DNA of 64,000 nucleotides from an uncultured Microthrixaceae bacterium (GTDB lineage Bacteria; Actinomycetota; Acidimicrobiia; Acidimicrobiales; DATDAH01): NCBI GenBank assembly GCA_963792205.1, contig CAWBVI010000004.1, positions 895,362 to 959,361 of the forward strand, read 5' to 3'. Shown piece by piece: positions 56,022 to 64,000 of this stretch (position 1 is its first letter; each line of letters starts with the position of its first letter). The notes under the pieces were generated by a model. It saw only the letters and a program-made list of their open reading frames with translations, ran no database searches and was not told where the DNA came from. The position numbers and the translations under genes were made by a program.

Positions 56022-56960
56022 CTAGGCCTCCGCGGAGGAGGTCGACAGCTCGCGGGCCCGCCGGTCGCGGTCGTGCAGCAGCGCGCACATGGTCAGGAAC
56101 AGAAGGCCGAAGATCACGACCAGGACTGCCTGCGGCAGGCGCCGGGTACCGAGGTCGCGGACCATGAGGACCGAGATCACGGGCTCGTCCTCGTCCACCG
56201 TCGGTGACAGCGGCGCGTTGCCCGGGGGCACCTCGATCGATTCGGAGGTCTGGACCTGGACGATGACGTAGTGCGGCGGGTTGAAGATCCGCAGGGAGTT
56301 GCTGATCTTGTTGGCCACGCGGTCGAAGACGGAATCGCCCTCGCGCTCGGGTTTGCCGCCCTTGGTGAAGCCGCCGACCACCACGTACTCGCTGCTGAGC
56401 CCGTAGAGCCCGCCGTCCTCGTTGATGAGGGCGGCGTCGGCGGCGGCCTGCGCGTCACCCAGCTCGGTCTGGGGCACGACCTCCCAGCCGTTCGGCAGGT
56501 TCTCGAGGTCCTCCTGGACGTCGGGAGGCAGGTCCGGGAGGGCGGCGATCTCGCTGAGCGTCGGCAGATCGCCCTCGTCGAACTCGTCGAACTCCTCGGC
56601 CAGCTCGGGGTGCTCGGCGAAGATCGCCTCCGGCGTGGGCAGGCCCTCCGAGAGGGCCCGGGCCTCCTCGAGCTGGGCCTCGCTGAGGTCGCCGATGTTG
56701 ATCTCCTCGACGTGCCACTCGGGCAGGTCGCCGATCGCGCCCACGCCGTAGATCCACCAGAAGGCGCTGAGCAGCATCAACCAGCCCAGCAGGCCGGCCA
56801 GCGCGACCTGGAAGCCGAGCCGGCCGCCGACGTTGGTGCTCAGCAGGAGGTAGACGGAGCCGCAGAGGATGGCCCCGGCCACGACGACGACGAGGACGCC
56901 GCGGATCTCGGGGTCGTAGGCGATGCCCGCCAGCACGGCGCCGAAGAGCGAGCTAGTCAC
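56022..56960 (-). CDS. Uncharacterised 312-aa membrane protein (2 N-terminal TM, about 200-aa acidic domain, 1 C-terminal TM)
   Basis: ORF with an 8-nt overlap onto the cytochrome c stop and a 3-nt gap before nuoA2. TM segments VLVVVVAGAILCGSVYLLL, FQVALAGLLGWLMLLSAFWWIYG and AVLVVIFGLLFLTMCALL. No motif I can assign to a family. Confidence 0.7.
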   Translation of the reverse strand: MTSSLFGAVLAGIAYDPEIRGVLVVVVAGAILCGSVYLLLSTNVGGRLGFQVALAGLLGWLMLLSAFWWIYGVGAIGDLPEWHVEEINIGDLSEAQLEEARALSEGLPTPEAIFAEHPELAEEFDEFDEGDLPTLSEIAALPDLPPDVQEDLENLPNGWEVVPQTELGDAQAAADAALINEDGGLYGLSSEYVVVGGFTKGGKPEREGDSVFDRVANKISNSLRIFNPPHYVIVQVQTSESIEVPPGNAPLSPTVDEDEPVISVLMVRDLGTRRLPQAVLVVIFGLLFLTMCALLHDRDRRARELSTSSAEA

Positions 56961-58002
56961 CGAGGTTCCTCTCGTACTCGACGACCGCTTCGATCTGCTC
57001 CTGGGTCAACATCTCGCCGAAGGCGGGCATGCGGCCGCTCCCCTGGCCGTGGACCCCGTAGAGCGCGCCCTTCACCGAGCCCTCCTTGACGAAGTCGACC
57101 TGTTCCTGGAAGCCCGCCGCGCCACCGGGGAACTGGGACCGCACATCGGTCAGGTTGGGCCCGAGGGCGCCGTTGCCGTCGGCCTCGGGCTCGCCGTAGG
57201 ACCAGCCCTGGGTGTGGCACCGGCCGCAGGAGTAGGCGCCGCCGGCGAAGCCGTTGTTCAGGCCGAGGTTGAACAAGGCCTCACCCTCGCTCTCGAACTG
57301 CCCGCTGTCCATGGCCACCTCGAGGGCCTCGGTGGCCTCCGCCTGGGCGACCTCGGGGGTGATCTGGATCGTCTTGATGTAGGCGATGATGTTGTCGATC
57401 TGCTGATCGTTCAGGGCGCCGCCGCCCTCGATGCCCCAGGCCGGCATCGGGGAGAAGGGCCGCCCGTAGACGATGATGTCGAAGAGCTCCTCCTCGTCGT
57501 AGCGCAGGAGCACGGTGTTGAGCGCCGGGGCCTGCCAGTCGACGGTGGCGACGAAGTCCCCGTTGGCGTCGTTGATGGTGTACGGGAAGCTCCCGCCGGT
57601 GGCCTCCATGCCGCCATGACAGCCGGCGCAGTTGAGGCCGCCGTCCGCAGTGGGGGCGAACATCGCCGCCCCTCGGTCCTCGGCCCGACGGGTGAACGTC
57701 CCTTCCCAGTCCTCGTTGCGGCCGGGCTCGCCCAGCCAGTAGAGGGGCAGCCCGACCGAGATGATCACGATCGCCCCGAGGCCGATGGCCAGGTTGCGGT
57801 TGAGGACCGAGCCCTCGAGGACCTCGTCGGGATGGTGCTCGACCCGGTTGGGGGCGAGCTCGATCTCCGACCCCGTCTCCGGGCGGGCCCGGAGGATGTT
57901 GACGAAGACGTAGACGATCAGGCCGATGATCACCCCGACGGCGATCACGTACCCCACGTTGGAGGCGGTCGAGGCCAGCACGACCTCGTGGACGGCGTTC
58001 AT
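56953..58002 (-). CDS. Membrane-anchored dihaem c-type cytochrome (QcrC-like)
   Basis: 349 aa from MNAVHEVVL (ATGA overlap with the Rieske stop). N-terminal TM helix. Two CxxCH motifs (CAGCH, CGRCH), each with a downstream Met-ligand segment (FSPMPAWG, GRMPAFG). Confidence 0.9.
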   Translation of the reverse strand: MNAVHEVVLASTASNVGYVIAVGVIIGLIVYVFVNILRARPETGSEIELAPNRVEHHPDEVLEGSVLNRNLAIGLGAIVIISVGLPLYWLGEPGRNEDWEGTFTRRAEDRGAAMFAPTADGGLNCAGCHGGMEATGGSFPYTINDANGDFVATVDWQAPALNTVLLRYDEEELFDIIVYGRPFSPMPAWGIEGGGALNDQQIDNIIAYIKTIQITPEVAQAEATEALEVAMDSGQFESEGEALFNLGLNNGFAGGAYSCGRCHTQGWSYGEPEADGNGALGPNLTDVRSQFPGGAAGFQEQVDFVKEGSVKGALYGVHGQGSGRMPAFGEMLTQEQIEAVVEYERNLGD

Positions 58003-58856
58003 CCGTGCGTCGAACCCCCGAGGCAGCTCGGACCCTCCGGCTCCTGGCCGGTGGTGTTGACGCCGATGGACGGCCCCTGGATGCGAACGCCGGTGTCGAC
58101 CTCGAGGACGCCGCCGGACACCGACATGGGGAAGCGATCCATGCCTCGGGGGGCCGGGCCGCCGCGCTTCTCGCCGACGCGGTTGTACCGCGACCCGTGG
58201 CACGGGCACTCGAACCACTGCGAGCTCAGGCAACTCGGGACCCGGCAGCCGAGGTGGGGGCAGGTCTGGAACAGCACGACGACCCCGGCGTCCATGCCAG
58301 CGAGCTCCGCCGGCGAGTACACCTGCCGGGCGTTCTCGAGCGAGTCCGCCGGGTACTCGGTGACCCACATGCGACCCTCGGGGACGTAGAGGAAGCCCTC
58401 GCCTTCAGCGATCTTGGCCTTGACGTCGTCGATGGGACCGACCCGGATCTTGCCGCCGAACCCGCCGGAGGCGGTGGGCCAGATGAAGGCCAGCACCGAG
58501 GCGCCGAAGGCGGCCAGGGAGAAGGCGGTCAGGCCCACGATGGCCCGGTTGAGGAACTGCCGGCGGGTGACGCCGATGGTCTCGTCGTCGGGGACGATGT
58601 AGGGCTCGAGGGGGGCGGGCTCGGCGGGGACCAGCTTGCCGGAGCGGGCCAGGACGGCTTCACGTTCGAGCTCGCGCCCCGTGACGACCTCGCCCTCGTC
58701 GTCGACCGCGGCACCGCGGTCGCGCTTGCGGGTCTCGCGGCTGAGGTTGCCCAGGGCGGCGTCGGTCTCCCGTCGCCGGGCCGCGCCCGCGAGGAGGATG
58801 CCGGCCAGCACGACCAGCAGGGGGATGACGATGAGGAGGATGGTTCCGGTGCTCAT
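57999..58856 (-). CDS. Rieske [2Fe-2S] iron-sulfur subunit
   Basis: 285 aa. CPHLGC...CPCHGSRY cluster-binding boxes, plus N-terminal and central TM helices. Confidence 0.93.
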   Translation of the reverse strand: MSTGTILLIVIPLLVVLAGILLAGAARRRETDAALGNLSRETRKRDRGAAVDDEGEVVTGRELEREAVLARSGKLVPAEPAPLEPYIVPDDETIGVTRRQFLNRAIVGLTAFSLAAFGASVLAFIWPTASGGFGGKIRVGPIDDVKAKIAEGEGFLYVPEGRMWVTEYPADSLENARQVYSPAELAGMDAGVVVLFQTCPHLGCRVPSCLSSQWFECPCHGSRYNRVGEKRGGPAPRGMDRFPMSVSGGVLEVDTGVRIQGPSIGVNTTGQEPEGPSCLGGSTHG

Positions 58857-58866
58857 GAGGTGTGCC

Positions 58867-59655
58867 TCATAGGTCGAAGAAGATCCGTTCGCCGTTCCAC
58901 GGGAAGATGAAGTTCTGGCCGGGGCCCCGGAAGAAGGAGCCGATGATCACGAGCACGGCCCAGAACATGAGCTGCACCGTGAACAGGGAGATGGCGAACT
59001 TCCGGTCCTCGGGCTTCCTGCTCGGGTTCTTGTCGATGTACGGCGCCATCATGTAGCCGAGCAGGCCGATGGTCGGGATCGTCACCCCGGCGATCATCGG
59101 GTGGAACATCGTCAGCAGCTCCTGCAGCCCGAGGAAGTACCACGGCGCCTTGGAGGGGTTGGGCGTCTGGTTGGGGTTGGCCAGCTCGAGCAGCGGGGCG
59201 TTCACGAAGATCGAGAAGAAGAGCAGGAAGGCCGTGATCGCCAGTGAGGCCACGAACTCGATCAGCAGCAGGTGGGGCCAGGTGTGCACCTTGTCGACCG
59301 GCGTCGCCTTGACGTCCTGGATCGAGCCGGCCTTGACGACCGTCAGCAGCCGCTGGGTGTGGCCGCCCGGGCCGGTCGGCGTCGCCGCCGCGGGGGCTGT
59401 GGCCACCGCGGTGCCACCGCCGCCGCCCGCTGCGGCCGGGGCGGTCTCGGTGGACGCGCCCCCGCCCGCCGCCCGCTCGCGGGCCGCCTTGGACCGCTCG
59501 AGCAGCTCCGAGGGGATCCGGCTGGTGTCGCCGCCGGCCTCCTCCCCGCTCTCGCCCCCGCCCGCGTCGCCGCCGCCGCTGGCGGCGCGCGCCGCCTCGG
59601 CCTTGGCCCGGGCCTCTTCGGCCCGCTTACGGAGGTGTTCGGGGATCTCGACCAT
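58867..59655 (-). CDS. Cytochrome b C-terminal part (b6f subunit IV-like) with about 110-aa Ala/Gly/Glu-rich N-terminal extension
   Basis: 262 aa. VHTWPHLLLIEF, NPSKAPWYFLGLQELL (Qo-site PEWY position) and three TM helices are colinear with PetD. Confidence 0.88.
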   Translation of the reverse strand: MVEIPEHLRKRAEEARAKAEAARAASGGGDAGGGESGEEAGGDTSRIPSELLERSKAARERAAGGGASTETAPAAAGGGGGTAVATAPAAATPTGPGGHTQRLLTVVKAGSIQDVKATPVDKVHTWPHLLLIEFVASLAITAFLLFFSIFVNAPLLELANPNQTPNPSKAPWYFLGLQELLTMFHPMIAGVTIPTIGLLGYMMAPYIDKNPSRKPEDRKFAISLFTVQLMFWAVLVIIGSFFRGPGQNFIFPWNGERIFFDL

Positions 59656-59665
59656 CGCCTCGCTC

Positions 59666-60457
59666 CTACAGGGGCCCGGAGATGCCGCCGTCCTTGCGGA
59701 CCCGCCAGAAATGGACGGCCATGAAGATGACGATCACGAACGGGAGGAACAGGACGTGCAGCACGTACCAACGCAACAACGTCTCGGTGCCGATCTCGGC
59801 CCCGCCCAACAGGGCGAACTTCACCTGTGAGCCGAACACGGGCGTGAAGCCGCCCATGTTCGTCCCCACGGTCACCGCCCAGAGCGCGAGCTGGTCCCAG
59901 GGCAGCAGGTAGCCGGTGAACGACAGGAGCAGGGTCAGGAGGAGCAGCACGACGCCGATGACCCAGTTGAACTCCCGGGGCGGCTTGTAGGCCCCGTGGT
60001 AGAAGACCCGGGCCATGTGGAGGAAGACCGAGATCACCATCAGGTGCGCGGCCCACCGGTGCATGTTGCGGACGAGCAGGCCGAAGGCCACCGAGGTGTG
60101 CAGGGCCTGGATGTCGTCCCAGGCCTGGGTGGCGGTCGGACGGTAGAAGAACATCAGGAAGATGCCCGTCACCGTGAGCAGGATGAAGAGGAAGAACGAG
60201 AGCCCGCCCAGGCAGAGCGTGTAGGAGACCTTGACCGCGTGCCGCTTCACCTTCACCGGGTGGAGGTGGTAGAGGACGCTGTTCATGATGACGTAGGAGC
60301 GGTTCCGGGGGCTGTCGGTGTAGCCCTTCCGGAAGATCGACCCCGGACGGAAGATCGAGCTCCAGACCTGGCTGCCCTGGAGCGTGTCGAGCTGTTCGCT
60401 CATCTTCTCCTGGACCAGCTGCCCGGGTCCGGGTCGCTTCTCCATCGCCTTGGCCAC
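59666..60457 (-). CDS. Cytochrome b6-like subunit (N-terminal four-helix haem-binding half of cytochrome b)
   Basis: 263 aa, colinear with plastid/cyanobacterial b6: [59 protein letters not shown]. Ends [10 protein letters not shown]. Confidence 0.93.
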   Translation of the reverse strand: MAKAMEKRPGPGQLVQEKMSEQLDTLQGSQVWSSIFRPGSIFRKGYTDSPRNRSYVIMNSVLYHLHPVKVKRHAVKVSYTLCLGGLSFFLFILLTVTGIFLMFFYRPTATQAWDDIQALHTSVAFGLLVRNMHRWAAHLMVISVFLHMARVFYHGAYKPPREFNWVIGVVLLLLTLLLSFTGYLLPWDQLALWAVTVGTNMGGFTPVFGSQVKFALLGGAEIGTETLLRWYVLHVLFLPFVIVIFMAVHFWRVRKDGGISGPL

Positions 60458-60493
60458 GGTTGTGGGGCTCCTTGTTCCTGCTCGTCCGTCCGG

Positions 60494-60910
60494 TCAGCCG
60501 AGGCGCATGCCGTAGGCGTAACCGTGCGTGCTGGTGCGCTGGTGGGCGTCACCGGTGGGGGCCGGGGTACCGACCTTGCCGAGGATGATCACCCCGGTGG
60601 GGCACCGATCGACGCAGAGCGCACAGCGGGTGCAGACGTCGTCGTCGATCGTGAAGATCACGTGGTCGCTCGGGTCGAGCCCGGGCTGTTCGGTGCCCAT
60701 CGCCTCGTCGATGGCGTCGGGCGTGACCATGTGGATGCACTTCCAGGGGCAGATGTCCACGCAGCCCTCGCACATGATGCACTCGGACTGGTCGATGTGG
60801 ATGAACTGCTTGGGCTTCACCACGGTGCCCAGCCAGGCCGCGTCGACCTCCTGGAGGACGTAGTCGGCCCGGAACTCGGGCATGGGGGGGTTGGCGTCGG
60901 TGGAGGTCAT
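60494..60910 (-). CDS. 2x[4Fe-4S] ferredoxin-domain protein
   Basis: 138 aa from MTSTDANPPMPEF (ATG 60908-60910, ATGA overlap with the upstream gene). CIMCEGCVDICP and CTRCALCVDRCP motifs separated by about 40 aa. Confidence 0.85.
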   Translation of the reverse strand: MTSTDANPPMPEFRADYVLQEVDAAWLGTVVKPKQFIHIDQSECIMCEGCVDICPWKCIHMVTPDAIDEAMGTEQPGLDPSDHVIFTIDDDVCTRCALCVDRCPTGVIILGKVGTPAPTGDAHQRTSTHGYAYGMRLG

Positions 60911-61335
60911 GCGTCCGCCTTGACCAGGGGGCGGCCGTAGTCGGAGGTGACGGGCTCGGGGGCGGGGGCGGCCTTGCCCCGGTCCTGCCACGCGGCCCAG
61001 AGCTTGATCCACACGACGACGTACACCACGTGGATGAGCACGACGACGATGTCGCGCAGCGCGGTGTAGGGGATCTCGAAGGGGAGGTCGCCGAGGAGCT
61101 CGCCGGGCCCGACCAGGAACTTGTCGGGCCGCCAGCCGAGGTCGGAGTCGGCCCACAGGATCCACTGGTGGGGCACCACGCCGAACACCCAGAAGAGCGT
61201 GCCGAAGACGTAGACGGCGCCGAGCATGGCCTCGCCCCAGCTCGTCAGGCCGCCGGCGGGGCGTCGGGCCATCACGTAGAGGACGCCACCGATGAGCAGG
61301 ACGCTGACCAGCACCGAGGCGACGAATGCGACCAT
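60907..61335 (-). CDS. Uncharacterised 142-aa three-TM membrane protein (first gene of the respiratory array)
   Basis: ORF preceded by AGGAGG. Hydrophobic segments VAFVASVLVSVLLIGGVLYV, LGAVYVFGTLFWVFGVV and IVVVLIHVVYVVVWIKLW. Confidence 0.7.
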   Translation of the reverse strand: MVAFVASVLVSVLLIGGVLYVMARRPAGGLTSWGEAMLGAVYVFGTLFWVFGVVPHQWILWADSDLGWRPDKFLVGPGELLGDLPFEIPYTALRDIVVVLIHVVYVVVWIKLWAAWQDRGKAAPAPEPVTSDYGRPLVKADA

Positions 61336-61605
61336 CTCCTGTCACCTCCTCGCGGTCTGGTCCACCGGGTTCCGACTTCGTGAATGCGATCACAATCGGC
61401 CTGGCCAAGGTTACCTCGCCGGGCCGGCCGGGGGGCGTCGTGGCTTGCCTGTGGCTGTGGTCTAGCACGACATCCCCGGAGCACACACATCGACGGAGAC
61501 CCTCCCGAAGGGCCTCTCGCTGCTTGGTCCGCACGGTGACCGCGGGCCTAGAGTGACCGTGCTCTGCCCAGGACGCCGCCGTCCAAGGACCCTGCACCCG
61601 GAGGA

Positions 61606-62352
61606 ATGGTGACCGAGGTTCCCGACTACCTGCTCCAGCGCTCCCGTGAGCGCCGCGCCGCGCTCGGCTTGGGCGGCGACGACGGTGGTGAGGGCGCGGC
61701 CCCGGCCGCGGACGCGGGCGGCGGCGGTGCCCCGGCGACCACCTCGGCGGCGTCGGCCACACCGGCGGTCCCCGCCCCCGCACCGATCTCCCCCGGCGTC
61801 CCCGACCCCGTCCCGGCCGCTCCCCGGCCCAACGTCGAGGCCGCGCGGCGCCGGAAGCGCGTCCCCATCTGGGCCCTGCCCGTGCTGGTGGCCCTGCCGA
61901 TCTGGGGTTACGCCTACGCGGGCACGCTCGAGCCGCCCACCGAGGAGGCGTCCGGCGCCCTCGACGTCGGCGCCGACGTGTACGGGGCCTGCGCGAGTTG
62001 CCACGGCGCGGGCGGTGAGGGCGTGTCGGCCCCGGCCCTCGACACGGTCGGCGAGGTCTTCCCCGACGCGGTCACCCACGCCCAGTGGGTCAGCCTCGGC
62101 ACCGCCGGCTGGCAGGCCGAGGTCGGCGACACGTACGGCGCCACCGACAAGCCCGTCGGTGGTGGTGGCAACATGCCCGCCTGGGCCGACGAGCTCACGC
62201 CCGAAGAGCTGATGTCGGTCGTGATCTACGAGCGCGCCGAGTTCGGCGGCCTCGACCCGGTCGAAGAGGGGTTGGTCGACGAGGAGGGCAACCTGCTCGT
62301 GGTGTACGACGCCGAGACCGGCGAGCTGGTCGAAGCCCCCGCCGAGGGCTGA
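61606..62352 (+). CDS. Membrane-anchored monohaem class I c-type cytochrome
   Basis: 248 aa. Basic/disordered N-terminus, TM helix IWALPVLVALPIWGYAYA, CASCH haem motif and GGNMPAW Met ligand. Divergent from the Rieske/b array. Confidence 0.88.
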   Translation: MVTEVPDYLLQRSRERRAALGLGGDDGGEGAAPAADAGGGGAPATTSAASATPAVPAPAPISPGVPDPVPAAPRPNVEAARRRKRVPIWALPVLVALPIWGYAYAGTLEPPTEEASGALDVGADVYGACASCHGAGGEGVSAPALDTVGEVFPDAVTHAQWVSLGTAGWQAEVGDTYGATDKPVGGGGNMPAWADELTPEELMSVVIYERAEFGGLDPVEEGLVDEEGNLLVVYDAETGELVEAPAEG

Positions 62353-62357
62353 GTCGC

Positions 62358-63614
62358 TTGGCCCTGGACGCTGACGTCCTCGTCGTCGGCGGGGGGCCTG
62401 CCGGAGCGGCGTGTGCCTACTGGCTGGCCGGCGCCGGCCATGACGTGCTCGTCCTGGAGCGCAAGTCCTTCCCCCGCGAGAAGACCTGTGGCGACGGCCT
62501 GACGCCGCGGGCCGTGTACCAGCTCCAGGAGATGGGCCTGGCCGGCGGCCTCGAGCAGTACCACCGCTACGAGGGCCTCCGGGCCATCGCCCACGGGATC
62601 ACGCTGGAGATGCAGTGGCCCGAGCACCCCCGCTTCCCCAGTCACGGCTTCGTCGTGCGCCGGCGGGACCTCGACCAGATGGTGGTGGACCACGCGGTCG
62701 CCGCCGGGGCGCGGCTGCGCGAGCGCTGCGAGGCCGTCACCCCGTTGCTGCGGGACGGGCTCGTCCGGGGCGCCGTGGTGAGGGACCACGAGCGGGGCGT
62801 CGACGAGGAGCTCACGGCCCGCTTCGTCGTCGTGGCCGACGGCGCCAACTCTCGCTTCGGCCGGGCGCTCGGCACGACCCGGGACCGGAGCTACCCGCAG
62901 GGCATGGCGCTGCGGGGGTACTACGAGAGCCCGATGCACGACGACCCGTGGATCGAGAGCGCCCTCGACATGGTCGACCGCAACGGCAACTCGCTCCCGG
63001 GCTATGGCTGGATCTTCCCGGTCGGCGACGGGACCATCAACGTGGGGGTGGGCCTGCTGTCCACGTTCCGCGACTACCGGTCGATCAACACCAGCCACCT
63101 GCTCGATGAGTTCGCGCTGACCGCACCCGACCACTGGCAGATCGGTCCGGAGACCAAGGTGGGCGAGCCGACCGGCGGGCGGCTGCCCATGGCCGGCTCG
63201 GTCTCGCCCAAGGTCGGCCCGAGCTGGATCGTCATCGGCGACGCCGCCGGCTCGATCAACCCGTTCAACGGCGAGGGCATCGACTACGCCTACGAGACCG
63301 GCCGCATGGCCGCCGGCCTGCTCGACGAGTCGCTCACCACCGGGGACGCCCGGGCGCTGCTGACCTATCCGCAGCTGCTGGACGACGAGTACGGCCTCTA
63401 CTTCCGGGTGGCCCGGGCCTTCACCAAGGTCATCGGCCGGCCCGCCGTGATGCGGGAGCTCACCCGGGTGGGGATGCACAGCCGCTCGCTCATGGAGTGG
63501 GTGCTGCGCATCATGGCCAACCTGCTCCGCGAGGACGAGCTCGGCCCCGCCGAAGCGGCCTACGCCGCGGTCGCCCGCCTGGCCAAGCTCGTCCCCGAAC
63601 GCCCCGCCGCCTGA
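62358..63614 (+). CDS. Geranylgeranyl reductase-family FAD-dependent oxidoreductase (MenJ-like candidate)
   Basis: In-frame TTG at 62358 (418 aa). DVLVVGGGPAGAACAYWLA dinucleotide fold, KTCGDGLTP and GDAAGSINPFNGEGI motifs. Start codon uncertain. Confidence 0.85.
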   Translation: MALDADVLVVGGGPAGAACAYWLAGAGHDVLVLERKSFPREKTCGDGLTPRAVYQLQEMGLAGGLEQYHRYEGLRAIAHGITLEMQWPEHPRFPSHGFVVRRRDLDQMVVDHAVAAGARLRERCEAVTPLLRDGLVRGAVVRDHERGVDEELTARFVVVADGANSRFGRALGTTRDRSYPQGMALRGYYESPMHDDPWIESALDMVDRNGNSLPGYGWIFPVGDGTINVGVGLLSTFRDYRSINTSHLLDEFALTAPDHWQIGPETKVGEPTGGRLPMAGSVSPKVGPSWIVIGDAAGSINPFNGEGIDYAYETGRMAAGLLDESLTTGDARALLTYPQLLDDEYGLYFRVARAFTKVIGRPAVMRELTRVGMHSRSLMEWVLRIMANLLREDELGPAEAAYAAVARLAKLVPERPAA

Positions 63615-63638
63615 GCCCACGCCCCCACCCAGAGCCGC

Positions 63639-64000
63639 TCACGCCGGTAGGGGGTCGGACCAACCGCCGTAGGGCTCGGCCAGCGCCGCGGCCTCGGGCG
63701 GGCCCCAGCTGCCACGGTCGTAGAGGTGGACGGGACCGGCTGACCCGTCGATGAGACGGCTGACGATGCGCCACTGCTCGGCGATGGTGTCGGAACGACC
63801 GAAACGACGGGCGTCGCCTTCCATGGCGTCCTCCAGCAGCCGCTGGTACGCCTCCTGGCGGCGGCCGAAGACCTGCTCGTACTCGACGGCGAGGTCGACC
63901 GGCTCGCTCACCATGCGGTCGCCGGGCTCCTTGGAGAAGAGGTGGAGCACGACCCCGTCGGTCGGGCTGATGCGGAAGCGCAGCCGGTTGGGCTCGGGGG
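63639..64000 (-). CDS. zwf: Glucose-6-phosphate dehydrogenase, C-terminal end (gene continues beyond window end)
   Basis: The frame is open to the window edge: ..EPNRLRFRISPTDGVVLHLFSKEPGDRMVSEPVDLAVEYEQVFG...AYQRLLEDAMEGDARRFGRSD...GSWGPPEA, the typical G6PD C-terminus. Confidence 0.88.
   Translation of the reverse strand, partial: PEPNRLRFRISPTDGVVLHLFSKEPGDRMVSEPVDLAVEYEQVFGRRQEAYQRLLEDAMEGDARRFGRSDTIAEQWRIVSRLIDGSAGPVHLYDRGSWGPPEAAALAEPYGGWSDPLPA

Noticed and set aside
61336..61605. Promoters in the 270-bp divergent region between the respiratory array and the cytochrome c gene (e.g. TTGGTC-19 nt-TAGAGT at 61524-61554)
   Set aside because: The spacing is non-optimal and -35 matches are weak. 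Several equally poor candidates exist, so no promoter feature is reported here.

Overview
High-GC, gene-dense bacterial chromosome segment. Gene content and protein signatures suggest a deep-branching Actinomycetota lineage, possibly Acidimicrobiia, but this is inference only. There are two parts. (1) 1-12.0 kb, minus strand: the conserved tufB-type cluster tRNA-Thr, tRNA-Met, tuf, rpmG, [ECF sigma/anti-sigma insert], tRNA-Trp, secE, nusG, rplK, rplA, rplJ, rplL, [broken Tyr-phosphatase], rpoB, rpoC. It is followed at 12-22.7 kb by a mixed housekeeping/accessory stretch: a P-loop-degenerate SMC/YhaN-like membrane protein, GNAT, sodA, a STAS/RsbW/SigB-type partner-switching module, yihY, tRNA-Tyr, yajQ, htpX, acs and GH114. 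(2) 22.7-61.3 kb: a 38.6-kb array of 40 genes, all on the minus strand, with no intergenic gap above 101 nt. In transcription order it holds a b6f-like split Rieske/cytochrome b module with an extra 2x[4Fe-4S] ferredoxin; an unknown 312-aa membrane protein; a complete 14-gene nuoA-N operon; a crotonase; an ABC exporter pair; an sxtI/K/J-like carbamoyltransferase triad whose SxtJ-like protein is fused to an SGNH domain; an 11-gene nuo operon lacking nuoEFG; a MidA/NDUFAF7-like methyltransferase; and a 59-aa membrane peptide. Three genes (Tyr phosphatase, secE, nuoD of operon 2) each carry what looks like one extra base, and the nuoD one produces an in-frame NuoD-NuoE fusion as written. No CRISPR arrays, transposases, integrases or rRNA genes were seen. 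All calls come from reading the translations and sequence by eye; no database search was run.
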